Positions 42,056-60,210 of a stretch of 64,000 bases of DNA are shown piece after piece. The notes under the pieces were generated by a model that saw only the letters and a program-made list of their open reading frames with translations, searched no databases and was not told where the DNA came from. The DNA comes from Lama guanicoe. Lineage: Eukaryota. The translations under genes and the position numbers were made by a program. Numbering within the stretch: the stretch's first letter is position 1; each line of letters starts with the position of its first letter. The DNA is taken from assembly GCA_013239625.1 (NCBI GenBank), contig MU053629.1, positions 2,755,567 through 2,819,566 of the forward strand, given 5' to 3'.

Positions 42056-43737
42056 AATTCATTATCAGGACAGATACATGATCAACGCCTTGGCTTAACA
42101 CTAAAGAATATCATACTTGTAAGAAGAAAAAAAATGCTGGGAAAATAATTAAATAATACAGCAAAACTAAATACAGACAAATAAATGAGCAGGTACCGAT
42201 TACACTTGTCATGCATCAAGAAAAAGGTTTTTAAATGAGACTCAAAAACCGTAAGGCATCAATGGTAGGTGACAAAGGGATTAATACCCTGTAAAAGGCC
42301 AATAGACTCTTTTCTAATAAAAATACTGCTATAAAGACACAAACCTAACACTTCCAAATTACCCAGAGCCCAAATCATATATAATGCTAATGAGTAATGG
42401 CCACTTTCTTATCAACTGTGAGTTATAGGCAGATACCAGATTTATTACTTATTTGCTTTTGAGAAACAATTTTCCACCCAACCTAATGGGTTATAAATTG
42501 TCTCATTTGCAGCTATTTAATTTAAACCAGAACCTCAGTGCCTGTTAAACAAGAACATGAAAAATGACTATGTGGTGTAATGCTAAGAGCCTACTGTTAA
42601 AACAGCCATTTAATTCAGGGCAGTTTTTTTTTTTTTCCTAAAGGAAAATAAACCAGCAAAATAAAATGAGGCTTTTGACCTTCAGAGCAATGATGAAACA
42701 TACACAGTGATGTTAGCCACAGCAACGCTGAATGCTACAGAAATAGTACAAGTGACAATTTTGTCCTTAACGAGATACAAAACCAACATTAATAATCTTT
42801 AGTGTTATCAGAGGCTGGCTGAAGGAGGGGGAGGGGGAGGAACTGTAGGTACGGATGTCAAACGTGAGTGACACCCGAGTGTAATAAACACAGATGCTGA
42901 AAGGGTCTGAGGAAGCTGCAACTCCGCTGAGAGACATTTCACCATTAAAAAAAAAAAAAGGGAAAGACAGACTGGTTATTTCTAATTTGGCCCAGAAGCC
43001 AGAGTTAACCCTTGATGTGCTGATCAGTAAGAAAAAGGATGCATTCAAGGAGAAAAGACCACGACCGCGTACTCTATGCTCCTATGAGAGGCTGAGGCGC
43101 AAAATCAAATAAATGACACTGTTTCCTCTCCACAGGAAAGAGAAGTCAAGCTTGTCCCTGTGTGGCAGGCCAAAAGATAATGACTTCAGAATTGCATTTA
43201 AAGACAAAACGAAATGAAATGAGCCCCTCACCCTTGTCCTGGGCAAAGACCTCTCTTCCAGCACCCCAGAGGAGGAGAGGTCGCTCTCACCCCAACCCAA
43301 TCAGCTCATGTTCAAGATGCACAGAGTGGGAAGCAGCGGGGTTTCAGAGCTCCTGATTTCCTCTCCCCTACCACCCTTCTAGCTTTAGCTGGGAAGGAAG
43401 GCCCCAAACTGCCTCCATCCAGCAAACTTGCCTTCCTGCCTAGAAGGGACGGAGTAATTTTATCCTGAGCCTCTGGGTCACGTTCCCCTTTCCTGGTCTA
43501 AGGTATGTCCTTGTGTGACTTACATTCATCCCCTCCAAGAAGAACCCTCCTGTCTCAGTCCCAGGGAGAAAGATGCAAGGGAAGCTGGAAGGTCTTCTCC
43601 AAGCCTGCACTGGGCTGGGGGGAGGTGCAGTCTGCCTGGGGAGGGGGCCTTTGGAGGTACAGAGAGGAAGGGGCAGGAGGATGATGGCTGAAGTGGATGG
43701 TGGACACAAGAGTTGCACTATGGCCTCGAAGCAGACA

Positions 43738-43745
43738 TGAGGTAG
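43738..43745 (-). promoter_or_regulatory. let-7 8mer target site in the IGDCC4 3' UTR
   Basis: Plus-strand TGAGGTAG. Confidence 0.65.
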
Positions 43746-44576
43746 TCATGTTGTTAGGGAAGGATGCAGAGATTGAACCCCAGGCAGGAGAACCACATGA
43801 CACGGTCTGAGAGAGGTGTGACAGACAGACAGGGAAACCACAGAGAGGAAAGGCGAGAGAATTAGGAAGAGATGGGCGGGAAGACGGGGAGGGCAGGTGG
43901 ACTGGGAGATGGACACTAGAGGAGGGCATGGGGAGGGGGGAAGGAGGGGAGAGCAAGAGAAAGCAGATTTTCCAAACCAGGCACTTCCCCGATTACAAAA
44001 TTAGATGCAGAGTCGCTCTGAGGGGGGGCCAGCGTCACCCTCTCAATTCCGGCAGTGGGGACATGGGAGATGGGGGGGTGATGCAATTAAGATGTGAGGC
44101 ATTCAGAGCCTACTTGCACTCAGCCCCGCGAGACAGGGAAGTGGGCCGGGGCTGTCTCTGTCAGACAGGGCACTGGAGACACTCTCAGAGTGTGTAATAA
44201 AAAGGCTGGGTGACGGAGGTGGGAGCCCACAGGGCTGGGGATGGACCATGCTGGGGCACCGTCCTGACCTGGAAGATCAGTCAGGCTGTAGTGACCACTG
44301 CCTGGGCCAGGGTTTCCCAACTCATCAACCAGCACACACATGTTTCACACACGTGTACATCACGTATAGCCGTGCTTCACACGTGTCTCACATATCACGT
44401 GTCACAGCATGTAGGGGGAGTCAATAACCCATTTCTTCCTCTCCCCTGAGCCGAAGCACCCTAGGGGGCTCCCAATGGCTTGATGATGTTCAGTACCTGA
44501 AGGTGCACATGTGTACGTGCGTGGCCACACATGTCATGTCCCATGATCTACACGAGCCTGTCCCAAACTGTGCCCT

Positions 44577-45080
<504 letters not shown>

Positions 45081-45404
45081 TCAGAGTCCATTGTATGTAA
45101 CATGGAAGTTGGTAAAGGTGAAGGTCCCACAGAGATGATGATCAGGTCCATGGGGAGGCAGGGAAATGCGACACATTGGCCCTTGCCCAGGAGTTCCAGA
45201 AGCACCAGACACAGCCAGGGCCTCAGTGACCAGCAGGAAGGGCTGAATGCACTCAGGCCAGGCCCACCGTCAGACCCATGGTAATTCTGCTGCAGCCCAC
45301 TAGGCAGGGGAGGGACTGTCCCTAACCCAGAGAAACACAGATTCTCACAACCTGGCCTGCCCTCCACCCCCTCACCTTCTGAAGTTCCAGGGTTCTCTAG
45401 GCTA

Positions 45405-45725
<321 letters not shown>

Positions 45726-46362
45726 TTAAGACGGGGAAGTGGATGGACCCCCCTCCACAGACTCTTGCCGCCGCTTACCACCTCCCTCCCCAAGGCTGCA
45801 GGGACGAGCACAGAGTGGGCTGAGAGCTTGCGGGTGAGTTTGAGGATGGAGAAGTCCTCCTGCAGAAAAGCCCAGAGGCTCCTGAGGCAGGCAGGGTCTC
45901 CGTCAGCACAGAGGCAGGGAAATGGGGAGGAAGGACTCAGGGGTTCGAGCTGGCTGGTCAGAGAGCTTGGAATGAGCCACCACGGCCAGCAGCGGGGGGG
46001 GGGGGATTGCCTTGTGTGGGCCCACTTTATCTGGCTCGTGGGCCCACGTGGCCAAAGCCAAACTGACCAGCTTCGTTTCCCCATACTGGGGAGAGCTGGG
46101 TCTTAGGGGTCTCCCCAGCTCCCGGGATAAGGAGGGAGCTGGGTGTTCTGGCCACCCTCAGTCACCCGCAAACAGCCCGTGGGGGGCCCTCCCCTCCTCC
46201 TGAGAGCCAGGCTGACCTATTCTGCCAGCGATGGAGGCCCATCTGCTCCCCTGCCCTGCCAACCCTTTCAAGGAGGAGGGAGTGAGTGTCTTTTCTTCTG
46301 CAGCTGGCTCAGGAAGGCAGGGGGCGGGGTGACGGGAATGAGCGGCGTGGGGCTCGGACCTA

Positions 46363-46641
<279 letters not shown>

Positions 46642-47090
46642 TCAAAGAGTGGGGTCGGGGGGGGGGACTGGGATCTAGTCCAGCTTATGTCCCTGGGCAA
46701 GTTCCTGCCCGTCTCTGGGACTTGGTTTCCTAGTCTGTACAATGAATAAGAAACTCTGATTGTTCAAAACATATGGGACACTGCAGATGGGATCCTTCCT
46801 CCCTTGGCTCCAGGCATCTGGAGATTTGCGGTCCCTCTTTCCAAGACGCTGGCAGCTACCAAGGAAGCAGGAGAAAAGCAGCTCTGTGTCTGCCCTTGCT
46901 GAGGGGATAGGCCAGGGGCTTCCCTAAACCCACCCCTCACTCTCATGAGGACATCACCTTCAATCCCTCAATCCCCTTCATCCCATAGTCAACTTTAATG
47001 GGCTCCTGGCAGTGCCTAGCACAAGTCATGGCCACTTTCCTGCTCTCTCATCTCTGCAGCCCTTCTGGAAATCGCTCCTCTCTGCAGTCA

Positions 47091-47246
<156 letters not shown>

Positions 47247-47489
47247 TCAGGGATAGGAGAAGACCCAAGGTTCATAGATCAGGACTTCCCGAGGCTTTCT
47301 CCGGAGACCACTAGCCTGAGTCTCACCCTCTGGACACATGAAATCTGATGCAAGGACAGGAGGGCCCCACAGGCTCAGAGGGACCACCACAACCTCTCTC
47401 TCCAACTGTCCCTGCCATGGACATCCAGAATTTGTGGCTCCTCCCCAGCAACCTGGCCTTTCAGGGAAACACACCTCCTGCTTGCCCAG

Positions 47490-47664
47490 CAGGGCTGGTT
47501 TCACAGGTGTGCAACATGTCCAGTAACCCAGGGCCCACGCTTAGAAGGGCTCTGCGCTTGGGTTTATGCTCTGCCGTCACTATCTTGAAATTCTTCCTCA
47601 TTAAATAAGGAGATGCTACATTTTCATTTCACACCGGGTCCTGCAAATTACAAAGCCAGTCCCG
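47490..47664. mobile_element. Probable small hAT DNA transposon relic (MER91-like)
   Basis: GGGCTGGTTT..AAAGCCAGTCC imperfect terminal inverted repeats. Confidence 0.45.
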
Positions 47665-47966
47665 CTGCCCAACACCTCCACCACATAAAGCTCACCACCT
47701 GTCCAAGCCAGTCTTCCAATCAAAGCGATCTCCCAAAGAAACCAAGCCAGTCTCCCACAAATCTGACCTCTCTACTGAACCATTGCCGGGCCACACTCAT
47801 GGCCTCTTCACGTGTGTCCTTTCCACACCTAAGTAGGAGGGCAGCTGTCCAAAACAGTGAAAGTGTAGTCATGCCCTGAGGCAGGGCTTTGGAAGAGATG
47901 ACTTTAGGGTTAGAAGTCAACTCCAGAAGCCTCTGGAGACCTTGAGCTGCCCCAGGATGGACCCTA

Positions 47967-48660
<694 letters not shown>

Positions 48661-49343
48661 TCATTGGGGAATTCCTGGAAAACAGTTCACCACCCTTCTA
48701 TCCTCTCAGAAGCAGAGCTCCGCCAACTTCCATACCCAAATACCTCCAAGGATTGAAGACACTGTCTGATACTCTAAAGGCCCTGGGGGTAGAGCTCAAA
48801 AGTTTTTGGAAAGCTTACATTTTAGTTTGAACTCTCACACTAAGTTTGCCATCTATTCGATGGTGAAGTTTAATATAAAAAGTATTTGAAATTATTTGTC
48901 ATTTAAGGTTCCTGACTCCCCTTGCCACCCCAAATCTTCAAGTAAAGTTGGTTGATGCCCTGTGTAGCCTCTGTCTATGCCTGCCCCTGGCACAGGTCCT
49001 CTGTGGTCCTGGGAACCCCAATGTGAGAAGTACCACCTTGGAAGACTTTGTGTTTTGTTTTTAGAGAAGTTGATCCTCACGGGGCAGGGGTGAATGAGGA
49101 AGGATGAGAAGCAGGGACATAAGGTGACTGGGGAGTTGGGAAGGGACAGAGATTTGGGGGTTCAGGTTTTTGAGGCCAACCAAGGGCGGGATGGGGACCC
49201 AGGGCTCTGAGGCATCTCAGAGCCACAGCATCATGGGCTGCCAGAACCCTCCTTTAGATCTTAAGTTATTAGGTCTAGGAGCAAATGGTTAGGACCAGCA
49301 TAGGACTGGCCTACATAAATGCAAATCAAATGACAGACACTTA

Positions 49344-49610
<267 letters not shown>

Positions 49611-50241
49611 CTAGCAAGGCAGGTCCCTCCAAATCTACTCTCCTACCCCAGACCCACCCCAGCCCCTACGCTGGACAGGAAATCTGCTCCCTGGCATGGG
49701 GGCCACTAACAGCATCCAGAGAACCTGCAGAGAGGCCTGGATGTACGCTGTTCTCAGGATATCAGGCGCCATGTCCAAGCCCCAAGCCAGGCCTGCTCTT
49801 CAGAGAAACATTCCTGGATTAATCCATGTCATTTCCCACCCAGGGAACTACCTCTGATACATCTTTTCCTTGACTTAATTTTACTTTAGCTGCAACTATA
49901 TATATCCATTGCTTTTTTATGCTATTTCCTCTGCCAACCTAACAGCTCCCCAGGTCAGGGTCTTCGTCTCCCCATCCAACTGGGGGCCTCTCAGGACAGC
50001 AGCTGGACAGCTTTTCTCTGTCTTCTGAGGTTGAGGAAATAGGTCTGTGCTGCCTCACATTTCCTAGGGTCGAGTACAAGGCTCTCCTGTGAGGGGATAG
50101 GATTGGACAGACTCCCCCTTTCCACCTGTCACCATCAGGTCATCAGACCCTAAACGTGCCCCTAGTTGAACACGTGAGTCATGAAATGTCCCTAAACCCC
50201 CAGGACCTTCTTCCTCATCGCCTGCTATTCCTCCCTCTTCA

Positions 50242-50490
<249 letters not shown>

Positions 50491-50689
50491 TCATCCCTAA
50501 GCAGGTACAGTGGTTTGCGGTTCCCAAGTTTCTTTTACCCTTTCTCTTTTGATCCTGTGAATTGGGTGGCATCATTCCCATTTCACAGATGAGGAAACTG
50601 AGGGCCCTGAGAATTTAAGTGATTTTTGCCAAGGTCATACAGACAGCAGACTGTGGAACACTAGTCTGTAAGACTGTAACAGAGTGAGA

Positions 50690-50905
50690 CAGCAAACCAT
50701 GGTAATTATGAGCATGGATTTGGGAGCCAAGCTGCCCTGGGTTCAAATTCCAACTCTCCCACTTACTGTGTGACCGTGGAGAAGTTAATTAACCTTTCTG
50801 TGCCTCCATTCCCTATTCTGTCAGCGGGGCTGATAATAGTGCCTATACCTCATACGGTTGTTATGAGGATTAAGTTAGTAAATATTTGTGAAGTGTGTAG
50901 AAAAG
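50690..50905 (+). mobile_element. MIR SINE
   Basis: CTGGGTTCAAATTCC..TGTGTGACC..ACCTCATACGGTTGTTATGAGGATTAA. Confidence 0.75.
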
Positions 50906-51580
50906 TGTTATGGCCTAAACGTTTGTGTCCCCCAGAGCTCATATATCGGAAATCTGAACATATGGTGGAGCCTTCATGCATCAGATCAGTGCCTGTCTTA
51001 GCCTGTTCCAGCTACTACAACAAAGACCCATAGATTGGATGGCTTAGAAAGAACAGCAATTTATTTCTCACGGTTCTGGAGGCCGGACTCTGAGATCAAG
51101 GTGCCAGCATGGTCAAGTGCTGGTGAAGGCCCTCTTCTGGGTTACAGACTGCCAACTTCTCATTGCATCTTCAGAGCAGAAAGGTGAAGCAAGCTCTCTT
51201 GTGACTCTTACCAGGGAGCTAATCCCATTCATGAGGGCTCCACCCTCATGACATCATCTAATCCTGATTATCTCTTAATATATCACATTGGCAGGTAGGG
51301 TTTCAACACATGAATTCTGGGGGGACACAGATTTGCAGCCCATAACAGTGCCCCTTATGAAAGGAGACTGCTGAGAACTCTCCAGCCCTCTCGGCCATGT
51401 GAGGACCCAGTGAGAAGACGGCCTATGGCCCATGAACCAGGAAGCTGGTCCTCACCAGACACTGACTCTGCCAGCGCCTTGATCCCGGACTTCTCAGCCT
51501 CCAGAACTGTGAGAAATAAATGCTGGTTGTTTAAGTCACCCCATCTGTGGTGTTTTGTCAGAGCAGCCCAAACCTAGACC
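50906..51580 (+). mobile_element. MaLR (MLT1-like) LTR, interrupted by a second LTR
   Basis: Starts TGTTATGG..TGTGTCCCCC; ends CAGCCTCCAGAACTGTGAGAAATAAAT..GCAGCCCAAA. Confidence 0.8.
50994..51347 (-). mobile_element. Nested inverted MaLR (MLT1-like) LTR with 5-bp TSD
   Basis: TGTCTTAG..ATTTATTTCTCACGGTTCTGGAGGC..CCATAACA, flanked by GTGCC at 50989-50993 and 51348-51352. Confidence 0.85.
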
Positions 51581-51785
51581 CTGAGCCTCAGTTTCCTGGT
51601 GGGCCACATTCCCCTCCCTGCCTAGAGCAGAGGGATAATCTGATGGACAGTGTGATGTGGGTGGATGCACTGTTTAAAGATCAAACTTGGGTTCAGAAGT
51701 CACTGATGAACCATGGGGTTTCTCTCTGTTCAAACTTTCCAAAGTAGCCCAACTCATGGATAATGAAAACTCTCTAGCAGACCTA

Positions 51786-52142
<357 letters not shown>

Positions 52143-52156
52143 TTATGAGGGTGTCA

Positions 52157-52681
<525 letters not shown>

Positions 52682-53483
52682 TCACCACTCAGCCAGCAGC
52701 CTAAGCGCCAGGTTCAGTCTGGAGGAGAACTCACTATTCCGCCAGCCCAGAGTGCTGGGAAAGCAGGAGTGTCTCCGGGGCATTTGCAAGGAGGTTAGCA
52801 AGGAGCACCTCTGGGGCAGGGCTGACACAGAGCAGGGCTCTAGAATTCTTCTGAAGGAACGACTGCATAGATATTGGTTTGGAAGGGGATCATAGGGTTT
52901 GCTGAAGCTGGGAAGGAGGGATGGAGCCATTGAAGTGGGGAGCCCAACTTGGAGCCTAAGAGAGGGGTGGCTTACTACAGCTCAGATGCTATTCTAAGCA
53001 CTTTGTACCATGTATTGTAACTTGACTCTCACAGCCCTATAAAAGAATGAAATACTATTACCCCTATTTAAGAAAACTGAGGCTCAGAGAAGTTAAGTAA
53101 CTTGTTCAAGGTCACACAGATAGTATATGCTATGGGTCTGGCTGCATTTAATCCCTCTCAACCCAACCCACAACAATCACAATCTTGGAAGCGGTTACTA
53201 TTTAGCAAGTTCTGACTGTACTAAACACTCTGTCTACAATACATTCATTAATCCTCACGCCACGCCTGACAGTAAATGAAGACTTAGAGTTGTGAATGGT
53301 TTGTCCAAGGTCTCACAGCAGACGGAAGGGACACATGAGCCCAGGGGTGTCTGCAAAGGCCAGCTCTTTGCCACTTTACCCCCATCCTCCCCTGCCCATC
53401 AAGCAGGGGGAGCCAAGGAAGGTCTCTGATGGAGGGAGCAATTGGGTTTGGGTGCCAAGCGCACACTGACACCTGTACAGTCA

Positions 53484-53735
<252 letters not shown>

Positions 53736-54486
53736 CTAAGGACCACGAGTCCTAAACTCCTCTCCACCGACCCTTCCACCTCGGCTCCTGGGTCCTCAGG
53801 GCCCATCGGAATCCGAGGTTTTCTCAGCGCTGACCCCTCAGTGCCAGGATGGACTCCCTGGCTCCAGGGCTGGCTCAGGTGGGGAGAATCACAGCAGGCA
53901 CTCCCCACGTCCCCAGGAGCTGTCAATGACCCCCCCCACACACACACACCAGGGTGCAGGCACAAGGGGTTGGCTGTGAAGACCATCAAGCACCGCCCAC
54001 CTTCCAGAGCCCTGAAGACCACCCAAGGATGCTGTCTCACCCCTCCGCCCCTCCCCACCCTCCCCCTGGCCCCCAGCCTCTTTCCTTCTGATTCTTTATG
54101 CCTTTCACACCCCCACCCCTAGACTCCCGACACCTGCCCTAACACCCCCCCAACCAATGCCTCATTTCCCCCAGTCCCACAAGCACACCCTCCACCTCCC
54201 TATCGCTCATCTGCTTTTTCAGCTGGAAGGGACCCCAGAGATTACCTGGGTTACCTGCCTGACTTCACAGATAAGGAAACTGAGGCAGGGACTGACAGGA
54301 TTATCCACTGCAGCTGTAGAGGAGGTGGGGCTAGACCCCAGGCCTCCTCCTGTCTTGAGCTCGCCCTCTTAGCCTTCTCTTTCACTCCTGCCCTCCCTCC
54401 CCCTCGGCCACACTCCCCTTTTCCAGGTTCACCTTGCCCTCTTTCTGCTCTCCCTACTTTCCTTGGACTTCCCACTGCTCTGCTCA

Positions 54487-54717
<231 letters not shown>

Positions 54718-55174
54718 TCAGCATGAGCTCTGCTCCACCGACGTGGAAGGTGAGGCCCAGGAGCGGTCAGAGACTTGCCCAGGTCACACAGCAAGTCAGA
54801 AGGAGGCTCAGGACCAGGATCTGAGGGAGGAAAGGGAGCCTCTCAGGGGAGCCCCAAGCTGGAGTTGAGGGGACATCCTTCCCACCCCAAAGCCAGAAAA
54901 GGGTTGCGGGCACAAGCTTCTGCATCCACTGGGTTGTCACTGGCTCCTGCCTGACTGGATGACGGTACGTGGGTATACGGAAGAAGGGCCATGTGATTTA
55001 GGTAATCATGAGACCTGGGTTCAAGTCCCAGCTGTACTACTGACCTTGGGCAAGTCACTCATTTTCTGGGCCTCAGTTTCCCCGATTGTAAATTAGGGAG
55101 AAGAACCCTTGCCTACCCCCTTACAGGGCACAAAAGATGACACCAAGCATGTAAAAGTGCCTTGGTGTACACTA

Positions 55175-55447
<273 letters not shown>

Positions 55448-55874
55448 TCACTGGGCCACCCCAGGGACCTGTCAGCTGGAGGCTGTCGAAGGATCCTTCA
55501 TATTGTCCCAGTCTCTGGAATAGCCTTACTTATAGCTAAGTCATCCCAGATAATCTGAGTTGCGGAGTATATACTCTCCTGACTTCTAGTCTCGGTGTAT
55601 TAACTCCTCCACTGGTTCTTTCTGGCTTCTAACTGAAGTGACTTTTCCTGCGGTTAATGAAATGGTTCCAGGAATGCGAAGGCACCTTCCCTGGGAGGAG
55701 AAGCATTCCCTCTCTCCTCTCGCATAACAGACTGTGGCCAAGGGGTAAATGCACTGACCCATATCTGCACAGATCTCTCCTGTGGGCTCCCACCCCACCC
55801 CATCCAATCCCCAAAGATACCCACCAGGCAGCCCCTCAGTCATCCAGTCTGTGCTTCCCGCGCCTCCCTCATCA

Positions 55875-56435
<561 letters not shown>

Positions 56436-57049
56436 TCACTCTAACCTCTCCCTGATTCACCCGTCCCCGCCAAAACACTCTAAGCAGCGCAGCCATAGCT
56501 CTCTTCCTGCCCCTGCCCCACAGTGACCATTCTCTTCTCCCCGAATTGTTCCCCAGGCCTCCTCAGCCTCCCCAAAATACCCTGGCTCTTCCAGGATCTC
56601 ATCGCATTCCCGCACTTACACTTCCTTCTCCCTTACCTCCCTGTATCCTACACCTATCAGATTTATCCCTCTGCCAGCCCTGAGCGACCCTGTTCCCCAG
56701 TTTTCTCCACCAAGACTATTCCATCTCCCCCCAAAACCTCAGTCCCACCCCTCCCCATTACCCCACCCAGAACACCCCTCCACACCCCCTCAATCACCCA
56801 AGCCGTTCCCTAATCACTCCTCTCCTCTCCCCATTTAACTCCCCTCACTCCATCATCCTCCGATCTCTTTCCACCACTTCCTCTCCTCTAATTACCTAGC
56901 CTTTCCCGCACCACGAAGTACTCCTCCTCATGAGCTCGACCCCCGTAACCCTACCCCTTTTCATCCTCCAGTATCGCCCTTAAGTCCCTCTAACACACCC
57001 AGTTGCCCATTTCCCCCCTCCCCAGTCCTCCCTCCCTCGGCCCCAGCTA

Positions 57050-57352
<303 letters not shown>

Positions 57353-57689
57353 TCATTTCCTCTACTTTCCGATGGCATTCTCCGAGCCCTAGTGTCTCTG
57401 TCTGTAAAATGGGGAGATAGTCTGTAGCTGGAAGGGCTGGCTGTTTTGAGGGTGGAATGAATAAGGTCTGTGAGTTTGCCAAGCACCATGTAGGCACATA
57501 ATAGGTGCTCGGTACACTCATCAGTTGTTACTACTACCATCATTATTAAATCCCTTTCTCTTAAGAAGGACACACTCCTCCATATGGGCTTAGGCCAGTG
57601 CTATGATAAGATATGGCTGGAAAGGTCTGACCAGAACCAAACATTTGAATACACACAGACTTTTATCTTGATGTGAAATGAAAACCATT

Positions 57690-58350
57690 TAAAAACCCCT
57701 TGCCTTATGGACATAAACAGAAAATCCAGAGAAGAAATGCAAATGGGCAAGAAACAAAAAAGTCTGCAACTTCACATGCTCAAAGAAATGCACATCAAAA
57801 CACAGATGTTCATTTTCACCTATCAACTCGGGAAAGTTTTTAAAACCAGTATGCTGCAACACTGAAGAAAGAGTAAATGCTGACAGGGCTAGACAGGGGC
57901 TCCACCTTGACCTTGAAGCCAGGGATTCCAGTGTGGGCACCCATGCTGGGGAGCTGTGAATAGGGCAGATCCCTGCAGTCTTAACCGTAGTAGTGGACAA
58001 CTGGGAAGGACTGAAAAAGTCAATAGCAGGAACTAGCTAATTAAATTATGGCTAAATCCGAATGATGGAATATCACAGTTATTAGAATTATTTTTTGAAA
58101 AAGTTTTAAAGATGGGGAGATGCTTATGATACACTATTGAATGAAAACAGGACTTGGAACTGTAAATACAGCCTGCTTTCAATTTGAGGCAAAAATGTAC
58201 ATATGCATAGGAAAGAAGTCTGGAAGAAATACACTCATATGTTAACAATTTTAATCTCTGAGTGGTGGGATGTTTTCTGTTTCTGCTTTTCCCTAGTTTT
58301 CTACAATGAATACATACAACTTTTGCCATCAGAAGAAACCAAATCAAAAC
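57690..58350 (+). mobile_element. Old degenerate L1 fragments
   Basis: GAAATGCAAATGG..CAAAGAAATGCACATCAAAAC..AATGATGGAATATCACAG. Confidence 0.55.
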
Positions 58351-59979
58351 AAAACAAAAAAGTCATGCCCCCTCCCTTGACTTAGTAGGGTAAATTCCTA
58401 GGAAAGGTATAGTGCCCAGGGTCAGGAATGAAGTCCTTTTCCAGCCTCTCTCTTCCCAGTCTCTGTCCAGGGATGCTATTAGCAGAGTTTTTCTAAGTGA
58501 GATCCCTGAGCCAGAGGTGTCAGGACCCTCTTGGGATAGCATATATCCTTACCATGCACACAAATCACAGAATCACAGGAGACCTTGTTAATAAGATGCA
58601 GAAGCCTATGGCACCTCAGATACTACACTTCTAACTATGCCTAGGAGGTAGGCCCAAAGACCAAACTTTTGGTAGCAAGGACCTAGGGCATTTGTTAAGC
58701 ATTAAGAATCCTGGGTCATAACTCTTGAGGCGTGAAGGGAGGGAGTCTGCGGTTTCAAGATGCTCCCTAGGTCACCCTGATGCCTGGTCAGGATTTGAGA
58801 AACATTGATAACAGAACTTCCAGGCAACCCCAGTAATAGTACGAGGGTCCTGCTGGCCCCAGGATCCCCTTAACTAGGCAAGTGTCACAGGTCCAATGAG
58901 GCTGGGCAGGTCACAGAGGTGCAGACACCAGCGCTGTTCTTTCTCATCACCTCGGTGGGGGTACATAGCTGGTTTATTATTTTCCTTTAAACTCTCTGTA
59001 TTCATCATTATATACACTTGAATGTGAGACACAAAATTACAAAAAGGAGGCAGTGTAGGGTAATAGACTGAGCCAGGGAAGAAGGGTAAAGAGAGCTGAG
59101 CTTAAGACTTACTTCTGTCGTCAACTCGGGACAAGTCACGTCTTATGGACAAATGGAAACAAAAATAATCCTAGCTTTTCCTCCCTGCAGGGCTGCAGGA
59201 GTAGTGTTCTGGAAAGTGAGCAGGCTCTAAAGTTTGGGTTTTAGCTTTCCACCTGCCTCTCTGAGCCTCAGTTTCCTCGCCTGCCCCCTGGGAATAATAG
59301 CCCTGGCGCCTGCCCTCCTCCCAGGAGCTCTGGGAGGCTCCGGCAGGAGAGTGAGTTGCATGCAAGGCGACATTTGGCCCGGCACTCTCGTTACCCTGAT
59401 AGCATCTCCTGTAATACAGTCCCACTTGGCACTCATCACTTGCTGCCTGATGCTGTCAAGCCTCTCTTCATGGGTGTGTGTTTATCTTGCTCACACAGAC
59501 TGTGAGTTCAGAGCGTGGCACCGCACCCCGCCGACTCTCATCCAGGTATTTTATTCACTGTGCCAGCATGAAGCCCGGCACACAAAGGTGGCAGCACACT
59601 GGGTGGACCAGGAGGCGCTGTGCAGTTAAACAGATCAGCAGTGGGTCCTAGTTCCACCCGACTCACTGGCACCTTTCTGCTGCTCTCACACACTATTGTG
59701 AGGACTGGAAACATGTAAGGTGGAGAACCGAGCCCACTGCCCATCTTCAGTAAGGTCTCAAGCGTGATTTTGTGAGTGCCAGGCTTAGCGCGCTTCATTC
59801 ATAAAGGAAACCTGCTACACGGATTGATGATTAAATTTGCCCAGGTTCCCCCACCCACACTCAGCCCTGGGAGAGGAGGGCTGCCACATCAAAGGTCGGT
59901 GACTGTGGCAGAGTCACCCTTACAGCTCTTTGACTTGGGGATGCGTGAGATGCCACACCCTCCCTCTCCCGTGCCCTCA

Positions 59980-60210
<231 letters not shown>

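Larger units (their letters stand above)
42030..44576 (-). other. IGDCC4: IGDCC4 3' UTR (~2.5 kb, end approximate)
   Basis: Non-repetitive sequence after the stop codon, becoming AT-rich and ending at AATAAA signals just before an L1 fragment. Confidence 0.65.
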
